From NCBI GenBank assembly GCA_034439575.1, contig JAWXAQ010000016.1, forward strand, positions 64,001-128,000: DNA of 64,000 nucleotides, written 5' to 3'. Source of the DNA: Leptospira sp. (GTDB lineage: Bacteria; Spirochaetota; Leptospiria; Leptospirales; Leptospiraceae). Of this stretch, positions 29,333 through 38,823 are shown piece after piece. The notes under the pieces were generated by a model. That model made no database searches, had not been told where the DNA came from, and saw only the letters and a program-made list of their open reading frames with translations. Both the position numbers and the translations under genes were made by a program. Every line of letters begins with the position of its first letter. Position 1 is the first letter of the stretch.

Positions 29333-30267
29333 CAATTAAATACGGTGATAGGTTTTCAGATTTCAGATATGATCCAATCGATCAGGCTTTAGTTCCCCAA
29401 GAGATTCAAGGCTCCGATGGATTCGATGGTTCAGATCCAAATGGCGAGTTTCATCAAGCTTTACTTCTTAAGGGAACAAATAATAAATATGGATTCTCTC
29501 CCATTGAGATGCCTTTTCGAGATACATCGATTCCAAATTCAGGAATTATCGTCTATGAAATTGACGATCCATTAACTAATGTTGCAATCGGTTCACCTTT
29601 AACACAAGTTCGTCCGCCTATTGGTTCCCAGCCTGGTCTGACCGAATACGCAGTTGATTTCAATAATCCAATTCCTTACTTAAATACTGGCCGTATCATA
29701 GTTAATTCAGCTAACGCAAATAAATACTATCGAATGCATCGTTACTTCGGAATGGGAGGGATCAATTCAGTTGCGAATACAATGGCAATTGAAGCAGCCG
29801 TTTTATCTACGAAACTATCACGTGATGGTTCACTTGCAATGACAGGTCCTTTAAATATGGGGACTCAAAAAATCACATCACTTGCGAATGGAGTTTCAGC
29901 TGGTGATGCTGTAAACGTTGGGCAAATTCCGTCATTGCTTTCTGGCTCTGTACAAAGTCTCAAAGGATGCGCTGAATATGTTTTGCCTCAAGCAAGTGAT
30001 ACAATAACAGACGATAAATATATTTACCAAATTCAAATGACTGGATCTGGAAGCGTTCCAGGTGGTCACATAATTGATATCACAGGAATGCCTATTACAG
30101 TTGGAAATGTGGTTTGGGTTTCCTTCCATCAACCTGCCGCCAATCCAGTTTCTCCAAATGTCGTTAAAATTCATGGAAATACTATAATTTCAACAACGAA
30201 CTCAGCACTAATTTTCGGCATAGCCTACAGAAATTTAGGTGGCTGGCTTTTCTATCAGGTTAACTAA
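29329..30267 (+). CDS. Tail fibre/spike-related protein
   Basis: KLSRDGSLAMTGPLNMGTQKITSLANG..DAVNVGQ fibre motif. Confidence 0.7.
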   Translation: MTIKYGDRFSDFRYDPIDQALVPQEIQGSDGFDGSDPNGEFHQALLLKGTNNKYGFSPIEMPFRDTSIPNSGIIVYEIDDPLTNVAIGSPLTQVRPPIGSQPGLTEYAVDFNNPIPYLNTGRIIVNSANANKYYRMHRYFGMGGINSVANTMAIEAAVLSTKLSRDGSLAMTGPLNMGTQKITSLANGVSAGDAVNVGQIPSLLSGSVQSLKGCAEYVLPQASDTITDDKYIYQIQMTGSGSVPGGHIIDITGMPITVGNVVWVSFHQPAANPVSPNVVKIHGNTIISTTNSALIFGIAYRNLGGWLFYQVN

Positions 30268-30268
30268 A

Positions 30269-30583
30269 ATGATTCCAGATTTTGTTAATTATAACTTCAA
30301 GAAGGGAACTGACTGGGAGATTCGAATCGCTGCTTCATACGCAGGGTTTGTTGGATTTTGCGATGCCAAAATGATCAACAACCCAAATCGTAAAATATCA
30401 GCTGAAGTGATTGTTGAAGCTGAACAAGTTTTAGTAAAATTTCCATATTCGATTACTACTGATGCGTTAGTTGGAGATTATATTTTCGACGTAGAATTGA
30501 ATTCTGGTGACTTAGGAGATCCCTATTCTCAGAGTTTTGACACGTTCACAATAGGAAGAGGAAAGATTAGAGTTACATTATGA
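30269..30583 (+). CDS. BppU-like small baseplate protein
   Basis: KKGTDW...GDYIFDVEL...GKIRV. Confidence 0.55.
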   Translation: MIPDFVNYNFKKGTDWEIRIAASYAGFVGFCDAKMINNPNRKISAEVIVEAEQVLVKFPYSITTDALVGDYIFDVELNSGDLGDPYSQSFDTFTIGRGKIRVTL

Positions 30584-32481
30584 GCGAGCCGAAAGAAAAA
30601 ACACTGAAAATTTACAGAGGGGATACTACAAGAGAAGTATTCTATGTAGAAAATATTGATCCAGCTAATTTTAGTTCTATTACCATAAGATTGGAAGCAA
30701 AGAGAAGCGATAACAATCAGTATGTAATCGGAATTGATGTTTTAGAATCTGATATCGGAAATGATTGGGAAAATAATCTTGTGCAGGTAAATTTCTCGCC
30801 TGCTTCGACTCAGAACATACAAGGAGAAGATACAATTCTCCTTCGCTATGATTTGGAAGTCACGAGAATCACACCGGATGGAACAGAGGTAAAGAGTGAA
30901 TATAATGGTTCCATTGTACTCATAGCAGATGTTACCGTAGGAAATCCAGTTGTAACTCCAGAAACTCTCGTCGATATTTACAATAATTTAGTATCAACGA
31001 ACGACGCAAAAGGTGCATCATATATCGGTGTTAAATCTTCGATTTGGTTTGGGATTGCAACTACGGTTCAAGGTGCCTTGCAATGGATTAAAGAAAACTA
31101 TTTAGAATTTACTGGAACATTTTCAGCGAATAAACTTCTAAAAAGTGGATCATCCCTTGCGAAAGCAACAGTCTCAGGAATTTCAATTTCAGGAGATGAC
31201 GAACTTTCTGGCGTCAAATCAATTACTGTTACAGATCCACCTAGCGACGCAAACCACCTAACTAATAAGGATTATGTAGATGATGGGCTCGCACTAAAAG
31301 AAAATCTTAGCAATAAATCTACAAACACTGCTCTCGGTGGATCTGATTCTCTTTACCCGTCACAAAATGCAGTTAAGGTTTTTGTAGAGAATTCAATCAG
31401 TGCGGCATCTGTAGGATTTCTTAAAGACCGTGGAAACTATGATGCTTCAAGTAATCTATTCCCTTCGACTGGTGGCAGTGGACCAAGCGGTACTATCGAG
31501 AAGGGAAACCTCTGGACAATTAGCGTTGCTGGAACTCTCGGAGGAACGGCTGTTACGATTGGTGATGTAGTTCGTTCTCTTGTAGATTCCCCTGGCCAGA
31601 CTTCTTCCAATTGGGCAATCGGAGAAAATAACTTTGGCTATGTTGCGGAAAACTCTGCAAACAAAAATCAAAACAGTGGTTATGCTGGATTAGATTCTTC
31701 AGGAAACTTCGTTCAAAATTCTGACAAACTTCCAGAAGGATCGACGAATTTATTTTTCACAACTGCAAGAGCAATAGCTTCGGTATTAACCGGTTATTCA
31801 GCAACAAGTGGAACGATTTCAGCGAGCGATTCAATCTTGCAAGCAATCCAAAAAATTGGCTATTTCATAGCCAATATCGGGTCATCTATTCTGAATCAAG
31901 CGCTTACTGGTCTATCACTTGCAACTGGTGGAACGATTTCTTCATCTGATTCGATTGTCGTTGCCTTTGGAAAACTTCAAAAACAAATCACTGATCTAGT
32001 TTCTGGCTCGGTTCCAGTCGGAACATCAATTGAATTCTCAGGTAGTACAATTCCTTCGGGATTTCTTGAAGAGGATGGATCTGCCATTAGCAGAAGTACT
32101 TATTCAGATTTGTTTGCTGCTATAGGGACAACTTATGGTGTAGGCGATGGATCCACAACTTTCAATATTCCAGACCATCGTGGAAATTCTTCACGAGGCG
32201 TTGGAACAAGCTCAGGCTATGTGCAGAATGTAACAATAACTTTAGGTCAGCGCATTGATGACGCATTGCAAGGTCACTTCCATGCACAAAGATATGCAGG
32301 AAGATTTTTCTCTGGTTCGGGGCCATACACAACAGATGATTTCGACACTTCTGCTGGAGGAACACCAGCATTCAATAATAGAATTCGTGAAGAAATAACG
32401 AATGGAACTGATGGAACTCCGAGAACTGCCAATGAAACACGAGTTAAAACAATTGGTAAGAAATTTGCTATAAAATATTAG
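30580..32481 (+). CDS. Tail fibre with BppU-like N-terminus and tail-collar domain
   Basis: VPVGT...PSGFLEEDGSAISRSTYSDLFAAIGTTYGVGDGSTTFNIPDHRG. Confidence 0.9.
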   Translation: MSEPKEKTLKIYRGDTTREVFYVENIDPANFSSITIRLEAKRSDNNQYVIGIDVLESDIGNDWENNLVQVNFSPASTQNIQGEDTILLRYDLEVTRITPDGTEVKSEYNGSIVLIADVTVGNPVVTPETLVDIYNNLVSTNDAKGASYIGVKSSIWFGIATTVQGALQWIKENYLEFTGTFSANKLLKSGSSLAKATVSGISISGDDELSGVKSITVTDPPSDANHLTNKDYVDDGLALKENLSNKSTNTALGGSDSLYPSQNAVKVFVENSISAASVGFLKDRGNYDASSNLFPSTGGSGPSGTIEKGNLWTISVAGTLGGTAVTIGDVVRSLVDSPGQTSSNWAIGENNFGYVAENSANKNQNSGYAGLDSSGNFVQNSDKLPEGSTNLFFTTARAIASVLTGYSATSGTISASDSILQAIQKIGYFIANIGSSILNQALTGLSLATGGTISSSDSIVVAFGKLQKQITDLVSGSVPVGTSIEFSGSTIPSGFLEEDGSAISRSTYSDLFAAIGTTYGVGDGSTTFNIPDHRGNSSRGVGTSSGYVQNVTITLGQRIDDALQGHFHAQRYAGRFFSGSGPYTTDDFDTSAGGTPAFNNRIREEITNGTDGTPRTANETRVKTIGKKFAIKY

Positions 32482-32488
32482 GAAGAAA

Positions 32489-33205
32489 ATGAAAGCATAT
32501 CAAACAGACAATAACGGATATTATATTGGAGAAGTTGATTGCCAAAAATCTCCATTGGAACCTGGAAAATTTCTAATTCCAAGGGGGGCATTCACAGATG
32601 AACCACCAGAATTTGGAGAGAATGAAATTCCTTTCAGAGTTGGAGAAAGTTGGGAAATCCGACCAAACTTTTCAGGAAAGATTTACTTTAACAAGGAAAC
32701 AAGAGTTCCTAAAATATTTGAAATCGGTGAACTGTTCGATTCCAATTTTACCGATTCCGTTCCAATTGAAAACGAACCTTACCAAAAACATATAAATGGT
32801 GAATGGGTTATTGATGAAGATTTGAAACTGGTTTCCAAAAAAGAAATTTTTCATAATAAATTAAAAACCAAATTTGAACAGCTTACAATGGAATATAGAT
32901 CAGTTGTAGAAGTTGAGAATATTGAATGGGATTCAGGACAGAAGTATCTTTCCAATATTGATACTTTGATTTCAGTCTATTCTAAAAATCCAAATCAAAT
33001 CGGGATCCCTTTTTGGAGAGATGCTAATAATGATTTTCAAACAGTAACAATTGAACAGCTAACATCAATTAGAAATGAAATCGAAAAAGATATGTTCCAG
33101 GAAGGAGTGAGACTCTACGAAATCAAATGGATAAAAGAAAATGAAATTCAAAATTTAGAATTAGCAGATTTGGATTCATACGACATTTCGGAAGGTTGGG
33201 ATTAA
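32489..33205 (+). CDS. Tail fibre assembly protein (DUF4376-like C-terminus)
   Basis: SPLEPGKFLIP...T.EPP; WRDANN motif. Confidence 0.75.
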   Translation: MKAYQTDNNGYYIGEVDCQKSPLEPGKFLIPRGAFTDEPPEFGENEIPFRVGESWEIRPNFSGKIYFNKETRVPKIFEIGELFDSNFTDSVPIENEPYQKHINGEWVIDEDLKLVSKKEIFHNKLKTKFEQLTMEYRSVVEVENIEWDSGQKYLSNIDTLISVYSKNPNQIGIPFWRDANNDFQTVTIEQLTSIRNEIEKDMFQEGVRLYEIKWIKENEIQNLELADLDSYDISEGWD

Positions 33206-33206
33206 T

Positions 33207-33902
33207 ATGGAAAATTTAACTTTCTGGTCATTAATTCATAAGCATTGGGAATCAGTGATTTTTATTGTGATTCCTTTATGTTTTATTCTTCTCGGTGTTC
33301 TTCTATCTATTTTGCTTTGGATAATACGTGTTTATCGAATATCTGTAGCACTAAGTGGTTTCAAAATTTCTCCATCCAAACACGATCCTAAATATTTGGT
33401 TCGAATGTCGAAACAAGACCAATTTATTTATTCGACACTTGGAAAATTAAATCAGTTCTATAACGCCAATGTATCCGCAATTTTCCAATTTCACAATGGT
33501 GGAGAATTCAAAAATCAGAACTCGATTCTAAAATGGACACTCACTCATGATAACCCCGAACCAGGAAATGTTAGCTTCCACCTAAAGGAAATTAAATGGA
33601 CGAATGTTCTAGTATCTCAAGCGAATGAATGGATTGGGGTAACGCTGCTTAAGAAACTGTGGTTCTGCGATTTCGATTCACTTCCTGAAAATTCAAATTG
33701 GAGAAGGTATTTCGTGAGTGCTGACTTGCGTTCCGGTCTTTTCTATTTAGTTGAGGGGGAATACGGTCCTGAATTCGTCCTTGCCGTTTTCTGGGATAGT
33801 ATCTCGGACACCGAACACACTATGAATTCAATTAAAGAGTATGGTGATGCCATCGCTTCACTCTTGCGAGACGTTAAATTTCTTACGGAGGAAAACGAAT
33901 AA
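33207..33902 (+). CDS. Membrane protein with one TM and a GAF-like domain (T4-holin-like candidate)
   Basis: N-terminal TM; IFQFHNGG; first gene of lysis region. Confidence 0.5.
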   Translation: MENLTFWSLIHKHWESVIFIVIPLCFILLGVLLSILLWIIRVYRISVALSGFKISPSKHDPKYLVRMSKQDQFIYSTLGKLNQFYNANVSAIFQFHNGGEFKNQNSILKWTLTHDNPEPGNVSFHLKEIKWTNVLVSQANEWIGVTLLKKLWFCDFDSLPENSNWRRYFVSADLRSGLFYLVEGEYGPEFVLAVFWDSISDTEHTMNSIKEYGDAIASLLRDVKFLTEENE

Positions 33903-34579
33903 TGTTAATTGGTAAAATTGAAGCTAAAATTATTGCACCAGATAATCCACAGCGAACGGATCAAGCATGGGAATGGGAAGCTATTCCAACACCAGAGCAG
34001 AAAAAAAAGTTAAATGGTGAACCTTTCCTTATTAAGTTAGGACCGAATTCTCAGTGTGTCGGCAATACTCATCAAGACTTGCTCTATGGAGTTGCCAAAG
34101 AGTTCCCAGCAAAGATCGGTCTTTTGGCAACTGAAGATACTTATGAATATTACACTTGGATCAATTCATATCTTTATCATTTAGGTAAGCCGTATGATGC
34201 CAGCCACTTGAAATACTTCCAGGTGCACGTTGATTATTTTAACCATGTTTTTAAAATTCACGGAATCCCTGTTAAAGCTAAAGGTATCGAGATTCCAAAG
34301 AAAGAACAAACTTTGGAAACCGTCAAGTTTTGGATCGAAGAAACAAAACGCCAAGTTGGACTCGGGACTTTTCTAACAGGCTCCGGAGGTCACTGGATGC
34401 GCGGTGACACTATTGAAGTGCATGATGATCACATGGGGCTAGGTGGAAACGACCCATTCGGCACAAGTCCTTATAAATCAAAGACACAGAAAACAAGAGT
34501 TAGAGTAGTTTATAAGGATAAATTCCTAGAATCAAAAACGATTCGAAGAATTACAGTTTTAGAAGATCACAAATGGTAG
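33902..34579 (+). CDS. Candidate endolysin, papain/C39-like cysteine peptidase
   Basis: NSQC...GGHW...NDPFG order of Cys-His-Asp; lysis-cassette position. Confidence 0.5.
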   Translation: MLIGKIEAKIIAPDNPQRTDQAWEWEAIPTPEQKKKLNGEPFLIKLGPNSQCVGNTHQDLLYGVAKEFPAKIGLLATEDTYEYYTWINSYLYHLGKPYDASHLKYFQVHVDYFNHVFKIHGIPVKAKGIEIPKKEQTLETVKFWIEETKRQVGLGTFLTGSGGHWMRGDTIEVHDDHMGLGGNDPFGTSPYKSKTQKTRVRVVYKDKFLESKTIRRITVLEDHKW

Positions 34580-34586
34580 GTTAAAT

Positions 34587-35015
34587 ATGGAAGAGATTTT
34601 TATAGAAGTTTTAAGGGGAGTATTCGCATGGGCTGGCGAAACGTTTCGTTCTTACGTTCGGCTCGGTTATATCCTATTTATTTTCGCTGTCTGTATTTAC
34701 AGATTTGAATTCAGTGATTTAAGAGATTTTTACCGAGATAAGGAAAATAAAAAGTATAGCAGAAGCCGCTTTACTCTATTTGTTTCCTTCCTAGCTGGTA
34801 TAATTTTCGTTACGTTAGATTATCTAAATATCCCTGAAGGAATTCACAAAAAGGAAATCATTAAGATTATGATAGTTTCTCATATTGCGCACTTTATTTC
34901 GTTCGTAGTATTGAAATTTTCTTATGATTACCTAATTAAATTTATAATGTCGGGGACATTGTTTAAAATTATTTTCAGGAGGTCATTAGATGAGCCTGTT
35001 GAACCTACTCAATAA
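34587..35015 (+). CDS. Holin-like membrane protein
   Basis: About three hydrophobic helices in 142 aa. Confidence 0.55.
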   Translation: MEEIFIEVLRGVFAWAGETFRSYVRLGYILFIFAVCIYRFEFSDLRDFYRDKENKKYSRSRFTLFVSFLAGIIFVTLDYLNIPEGIHKKEIIKIMIVSHIAHFISFVVLKFSYDYLIKFIMSGTLFKIIFRRSLDEPVEPTQ

Positions 35016-35214
35016 CCTAACAGATTCAGGAAAGAAAGCGTTCTATATTGCGATTTTTATATTAATAATAATCTGCATCCTGTATTTATTTTCGGCAGAA
35101 ATTTCCAAAGGATGGAAGAGGGCATATGATGAATTTAGCAAAACTAATTTTAGTGATGAGTCTGAGTATGATTCAAATTGCGTGCCAGAGCCAGGCGAAC
35201 CTTGCAAGGAATAA
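34990..35214 (+). CDS. Single-TM protein, i-spanin candidate
   Basis: N-terminal TM, two C-terminal Cys, overlaps lipoprotein gene. Confidence 0.5.
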   Translation: MSLLNLLNNLTDSGKKAFYIAIFILIIICILYLFSAEISKGWKRAYDEFSKTNFSDESEYDSNCVPEPGEPCKE

Positions 35215-35539
35215 CCTAGCGGTTGTTTGTTCTGGATCATTTGAGTCAACAAACCGCACAATGCAGCTTCCTCCAGAGGCGAAAGTTCTAGAATCGGAAA
35301 GAAAGAAGTTCGGGTCTTCCGTTTTTGTCCCAGCTAGCAGATATAATGCTTTGCTTCGACACGCAAAGGAACTTGCTGAATGTGGGAAGGGTAGTCAGTG
35401 CTTGATTGAACATACCGAATACGAGCGAGATTGTGAAGCCGAATGGGCTGAAAGTCTGGAATCTAGTTTTATTCCAGGGTTTCTTCGCTTTCGTTCTTCA
35501 TGCAAGATACCTAAACCTCAATGCGAAATAGATATCTAA
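35126..35539 (+). CDS. Cys-rich lipoprotein, o-spanin candidate
   Basis: Signal MMNLAKLILVMSLSMIQIA-C. Confidence 0.55.
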   Translation: MMNLAKLILVMSLSMIQIACQSQANLARNNLAVVCSGSFESTNRTMQLPPEAKVLESERKKFGSSVFVPASRYNALLRHAKELAECGKGSQCLIEHTEYERDCEAEWAESLESSFIPGFLRFRSSCKIPKPQCEIDI

Positions 35540-35543
35540 TTTT

Positions 35544-35786
35544 ATGCTTAAAGAGAGAAAAGTTAGAGCTGTAAATATCGGAAGGGAAGAGGTTTTTTAT
35601 TTCTATTTAGATATGGAAATCCCTTTCCTTGGAAAATTCGAAATTAAACTCAGCAATCCAGACATTAGGCGTTACGCAGTTACCCACCTTGACGAAGACA
35701 AAAGCCTAATCATGCGTTTTAATACATATGAAGAGGCAGAAAATTGGTGTGGTGAGATGGGCTATGAAGTTGACGATAGATGGTGA
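35544..35786 (+). CDS. Hypothetical protein
   Basis: 80-aa ORF at end of late operon. Confidence 0.55.
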   Translation: MLKERKVRAVNIGREEVFYFYLDMEIPFLGKFEIKLSNPDIRRYAVTHLDEDKSLIMRFNTYEEAENWCGEMGYEVDDRW

Positions 35787-35792
35787 TTGATT

Positions 35793-37172
35793 TTATTTAA
35801 TTAAATTTGTTGGATCTGTATTTAAAATCCATTCTACAAAATGCCATTTGCCTTTTTTATTGAGTGCTTTCACCTGGACAACAGTCTGATATCGTTTGCG
35901 AATCTCTTCATCTAATTCTTTCGTATGAAGAATGGATATGATTTCGCCTTCAGAAGTACTAATTTTGAATTTATGATCTGGTTTAGTTAACCATCCAGAA
36001 GGTTCACCTAATTCGCCTATGAATACCGCCTCTTTCCCTTCTTCTTCATTATAATTCTCCAAGTATGCTTTAACCATGGACATTTTCCTTCTATCTTCTG
36101 GTTTCAAGGTTATTGAAACACTTGATTTAGGTAATGAAACTGTAATACTTTCTATGCCATCTTCAGGAATAGGGGATAAAGATTGAAGGCTAGCTGCAAT
36201 TTTTGATGCCAAGCTAAAATCAGCTTTAATTGAATCTATAAAATCTCCTGCCTTATCTTTAGCTTCAATTCGTTTTTTTGAATATAAATGTTTAACTGAA
36301 TTTAAACTCGTCTCTAAACGTTCCTCAAATATACTATTATCTTTTTGAGCTTGATTCTCTTCAAAATCAACTAACAAAACAGTGCTACTTGTCCCAACTC
36401 CGATAAGCATAGCCGTTGGTTCAATTGTAGAATCAAGTGAATTCAGCTTGCTCTTAATTATATCTGAAATATTTTGAAATACTCGAGATAATGTTGAAAT
36501 TTTAACTTTGCCTTTGCTAATTCCAACAGTTGGTAATTCTATTGACAGAGAATGCGATTGTTTTTGTTGCTTTGCAAATCCAGATTCTTCATCATATTTT
36601 CTTTGTAATTTTTCTGCCAGACGGACATTTTCTTCCATTTCTCTTTTTCTTAAACTAGGAAATTTAACATATAGGGGTTCCATTCTTGCAAGATGCTCTC
36701 TAATCGCAAATAGAGTCTCAGCAGTCGAAAATTCTTTTCCTAAATCTAAGCTTCCCCAATCTGTCATTTCATTAACCTCTATTGCATCCCCTTCTAGTTC
36801 GAATACTGGCTCGCAAAGAGTGGATTCTTTTGCTTTTCGAAAAGCTAGAATTACAGAATTTCTGTCATTTTCTAATATCAAACTATTCCAGTAAATGCTT
36901 CTCGATTGCTTACCTAAAAATCCTTCTTCATTTTTTTCGAATTCAGTAATATTTTTAAAAACTGGACTAAGATATAAAAATTTAGCCTCATCTCTATTGT
37001 TTCTATACCAGAAAATAAATACTGATATTGCTCCTTTCTTTTTCCATACCTCGAAATGAGCTAAAACTAATCTCTGAAAACTTAACCCAAGCTTAATTTC
37101 ATTGGAATAAACAATAAAGCTCTTTCGATTTAAAGTTTTGACCTCTAAGCCATGGATAAAATTTAGTTGCAT
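35793..37172 (-). CDS. Hypothetical accessory (moron) protein
   Basis: 459-aa ORF antisense to the late operon. Confidence 0.75.
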   Translation of the reverse strand: MQLNFIHGLEVKTLNRKSFIVYSNEIKLGLSFQRLVLAHFEVWKKKGAISVFIFWYRNNRDEAKFLYLSPVFKNITEFEKNEEGFLGKQSRSIYWNSLILENDRNSVILAFRKAKESTLCEPVFELEGDAIEVNEMTDWGSLDLGKEFSTAETLFAIREHLARMEPLYVKFPSLRKREMEENVRLAEKLQRKYDEESGFAKQQKQSHSLSIELPTVGISKGKVKISTLSRVFQNISDIIKSKLNSLDSTIEPTAMLIGVGTSSTVLLVDFEENQAQKDNSIFEERLETSLNSVKHLYSKKRIEAKDKAGDFIDSIKADFSLASKIAASLQSLSPIPEDGIESITVSLPKSSVSITLKPEDRRKMSMVKAYLENYNEEEGKEAVFIGELGEPSGWLTKPDHKFKISTSEGEIISILHTKELDEEIRKRYQTVVQVKALNKKGKWHFVEWILNTDPTNLIK

Positions 37173-37219
37173 ATGGTAAATAATTTCGACACTTTAACGC
37201 CCATTACTTTAGGAAAATA

Positions 37220-38095
37220 TTAGCTTTCTCCAATATACTCATCCAATCCTTTAATTTTTTTCAATACCTGGAACTCAGATCTTTTAGATTTAAGGGCAAT
37301 TTTTGCGTATAACTCGGGACCACCTTTAGGAAATCCTTTCGCAAAATCAGCTATTTCTTTCTTCGCATTCTCTTCTCGTTTGATGAACTTTTTGAGCTCG
37401 TCCTCTTTTTCCTTTTCGATTTTTCTCAAGATATTCACTCTTTCCCACCAGGAAAGGATTTGCTTGTTATAAGATTGAATTTGATCATCTGTTAGTTCAG
37501 GATATTTCTCGTTCTTATTCGCTTTTTTAATCGCTTCTAGATCACGATCTATTTGATAAAGAGTCCATTGCGGTATTGCCTCATGTATCACGTGTCTGAT
37601 GGCTTTTCGCAAGTTTCGAGGATCCGTTTCAGCTTTACCTGAGGTATAGTCTCCACCTTTGTAGTTTTTGATTAAAGCTGGAATTCCCCATTCCCGAATC
37701 ATTATCTCTTGGCGTTCTTCTGGCCAATAACGTTGATTAGTATCGTTGTCTCCATAGATTGCCTCGCGGTAAGTTGAATCATAATCAGATTCTAAGAAGA
37801 CAACTGGAACCATGAAATTTTTTGGAAGCTTTTTCTTTTTAATCCCTTCGATAACAGCCGTCCATCGACGTCTTCCTCTTAGGATAAGTAGTTTGCCCGA
37901 TTTCTTGTCTTTGTATACTAATAATGGTTTATCGCCCCAGATTCCATTTTTCCAAACTGATTCGCAGAACGACCGCCATTCTTCCTTTTGTTCTGGCGTA
38001 CGAGGGGGGCGAGCTGCATTCTTTGGATCTGGTCTAAGAGATATTGCTTTCTTTTGGGTAACAACGGAGGAAATTTTTAACTTAGAATTACTCAT
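37220..38095 (-). CDS. ParB-like N-terminal domain protein
   Basis: LRPDPKN...SVWKNGI...PLLV...ILRGRRRWTA. Confidence 0.7.
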   Translation of the reverse strand: MSNSKLKISSVVTQKKAISLRPDPKNAARPPRTPEQKEEWRSFCESVWKNGIWGDKPLLVYKDKKSGKLLILRGRRRWTAVIEGIKKKKLPKNFMVPVVFLESDYDSTYREAIYGDNDTNQRYWPEERQEIMIREWGIPALIKNYKGGDYTSGKAETDPRNLRKAIRHVIHEAIPQWTLYQIDRDLEAIKKANKNEKYPELTDDQIQSYNKQILSWWERVNILRKIEKEKEDELKKFIKREENAKKEIADFAKGFPKGGPELYAKIALKSKRSEFQVLKKIKGLDEYIGES

Positions 38096-38200
38096 CTTAG
38101 CCTAAATATCGGAATCATCTTCTAAATTCAATACGATTCGAATTCAGAAGATGAGACATAACGATCTGCTAGTCTTCTTTTGATTTGATTCTAACGCGAA

Positions 38201-38443
38201 TTAAGGCATTCCATATTGAACCCATTCTTCCATAGATTGAATCATCACCCTAAGGGAAGCAATGCGGTATTTTATCTTCAAACGAAGATCAGAAAGAACC
38301 AAGGACGGAAACGGCTTGATAATGAACAAACGTCTTTTGCCACTTGGGAAATGCCGAAATCGAAATTCGCTGTTATTGATTTGTATCACCATGAAGGTTT
38401 CACCCTTAATGATGATTAGGTTATTTGTTAGATTCGTATACAT
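38201..38443 (-). CDS. Small basic hypothetical protein
   Basis: AAAGGAG RBS upstream on minus strand. Confidence 0.5.
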   Translation of the reverse strand: MYTNLTNNLIIIKGETFMVIQINNSEFRFRHFPSGKRRLFIIKPFPSLVLSDLRLKIKYRIASLRVMIQSMEEWVQYGMP

Positions 38444-38484
38444 AGATTTGTATCTCCTTTACTTAAATTAGTAGGAGGTTTTGA

Positions 38485-38533
38485 ACCTGTTTTCAGGTAA
38501 TTTGAGACAAAATTTCATTTTAAATTGAAATTT
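38485..38533. promoter_or_regulatory. Two palindromes in a divergent intergenic region
   Basis: ACCTG-N4-CAGGT (38485-38498); AAATTTCA-N8-TGAAATTT (38510-38533). Confidence 0.45.
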
Positions 38534-38547
38534 CCCGATAAACTAAC

Positions 38548-38823
38548 ATGAATCAAAAAAAATATGCGAACCAAACCGATGAAGACCAATTTGTTCTTAC
38601 AAATGATGCAGAAGAATACATAAAATATCGAGACATCCCTTTGTGCCAGGTATGCAATCGACTAATCTCTGATATTCAAATGTTTCGGGGAACAGGAAAA
38701 CAAGGAATTTGGTTGGATAAGGTATTTTTCCCATTTATAATTTTCGAATTCACTTGTCATGGTTCATCATTAAAATTTAAAACGTTTGGTGGAGACATTG
38801 CCAAGGTGGAAGAATCAATATGA
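38548..38823 (+). CDS. Small putative zinc-binding protein
   Basis: CQVC...CH; ATGA-coupled to SIR2-like gene. Confidence 0.6.
   Translation: MNQKKYANQTDEDQFVLTNDAEEYIKYRDIPLCQVCNRLISDIQMFRGTGKQGIWLDKVFFPFIIFEFTCHGSSLKFKTFGGDIAKVEESI

Noticed and set aside
29329-33205. Diversity-generating retroelement or invertible tail-fibre cassette
   Set aside because: No reverse transcriptase, invertase or TR/VR-like repeat seen in the window.
461-35261. Many short antisense or alternate-frame ORFs inside phage genes
   Set aside because: They are shadows of well-supported coupled plus-strand genes and show no recognisable motifs.
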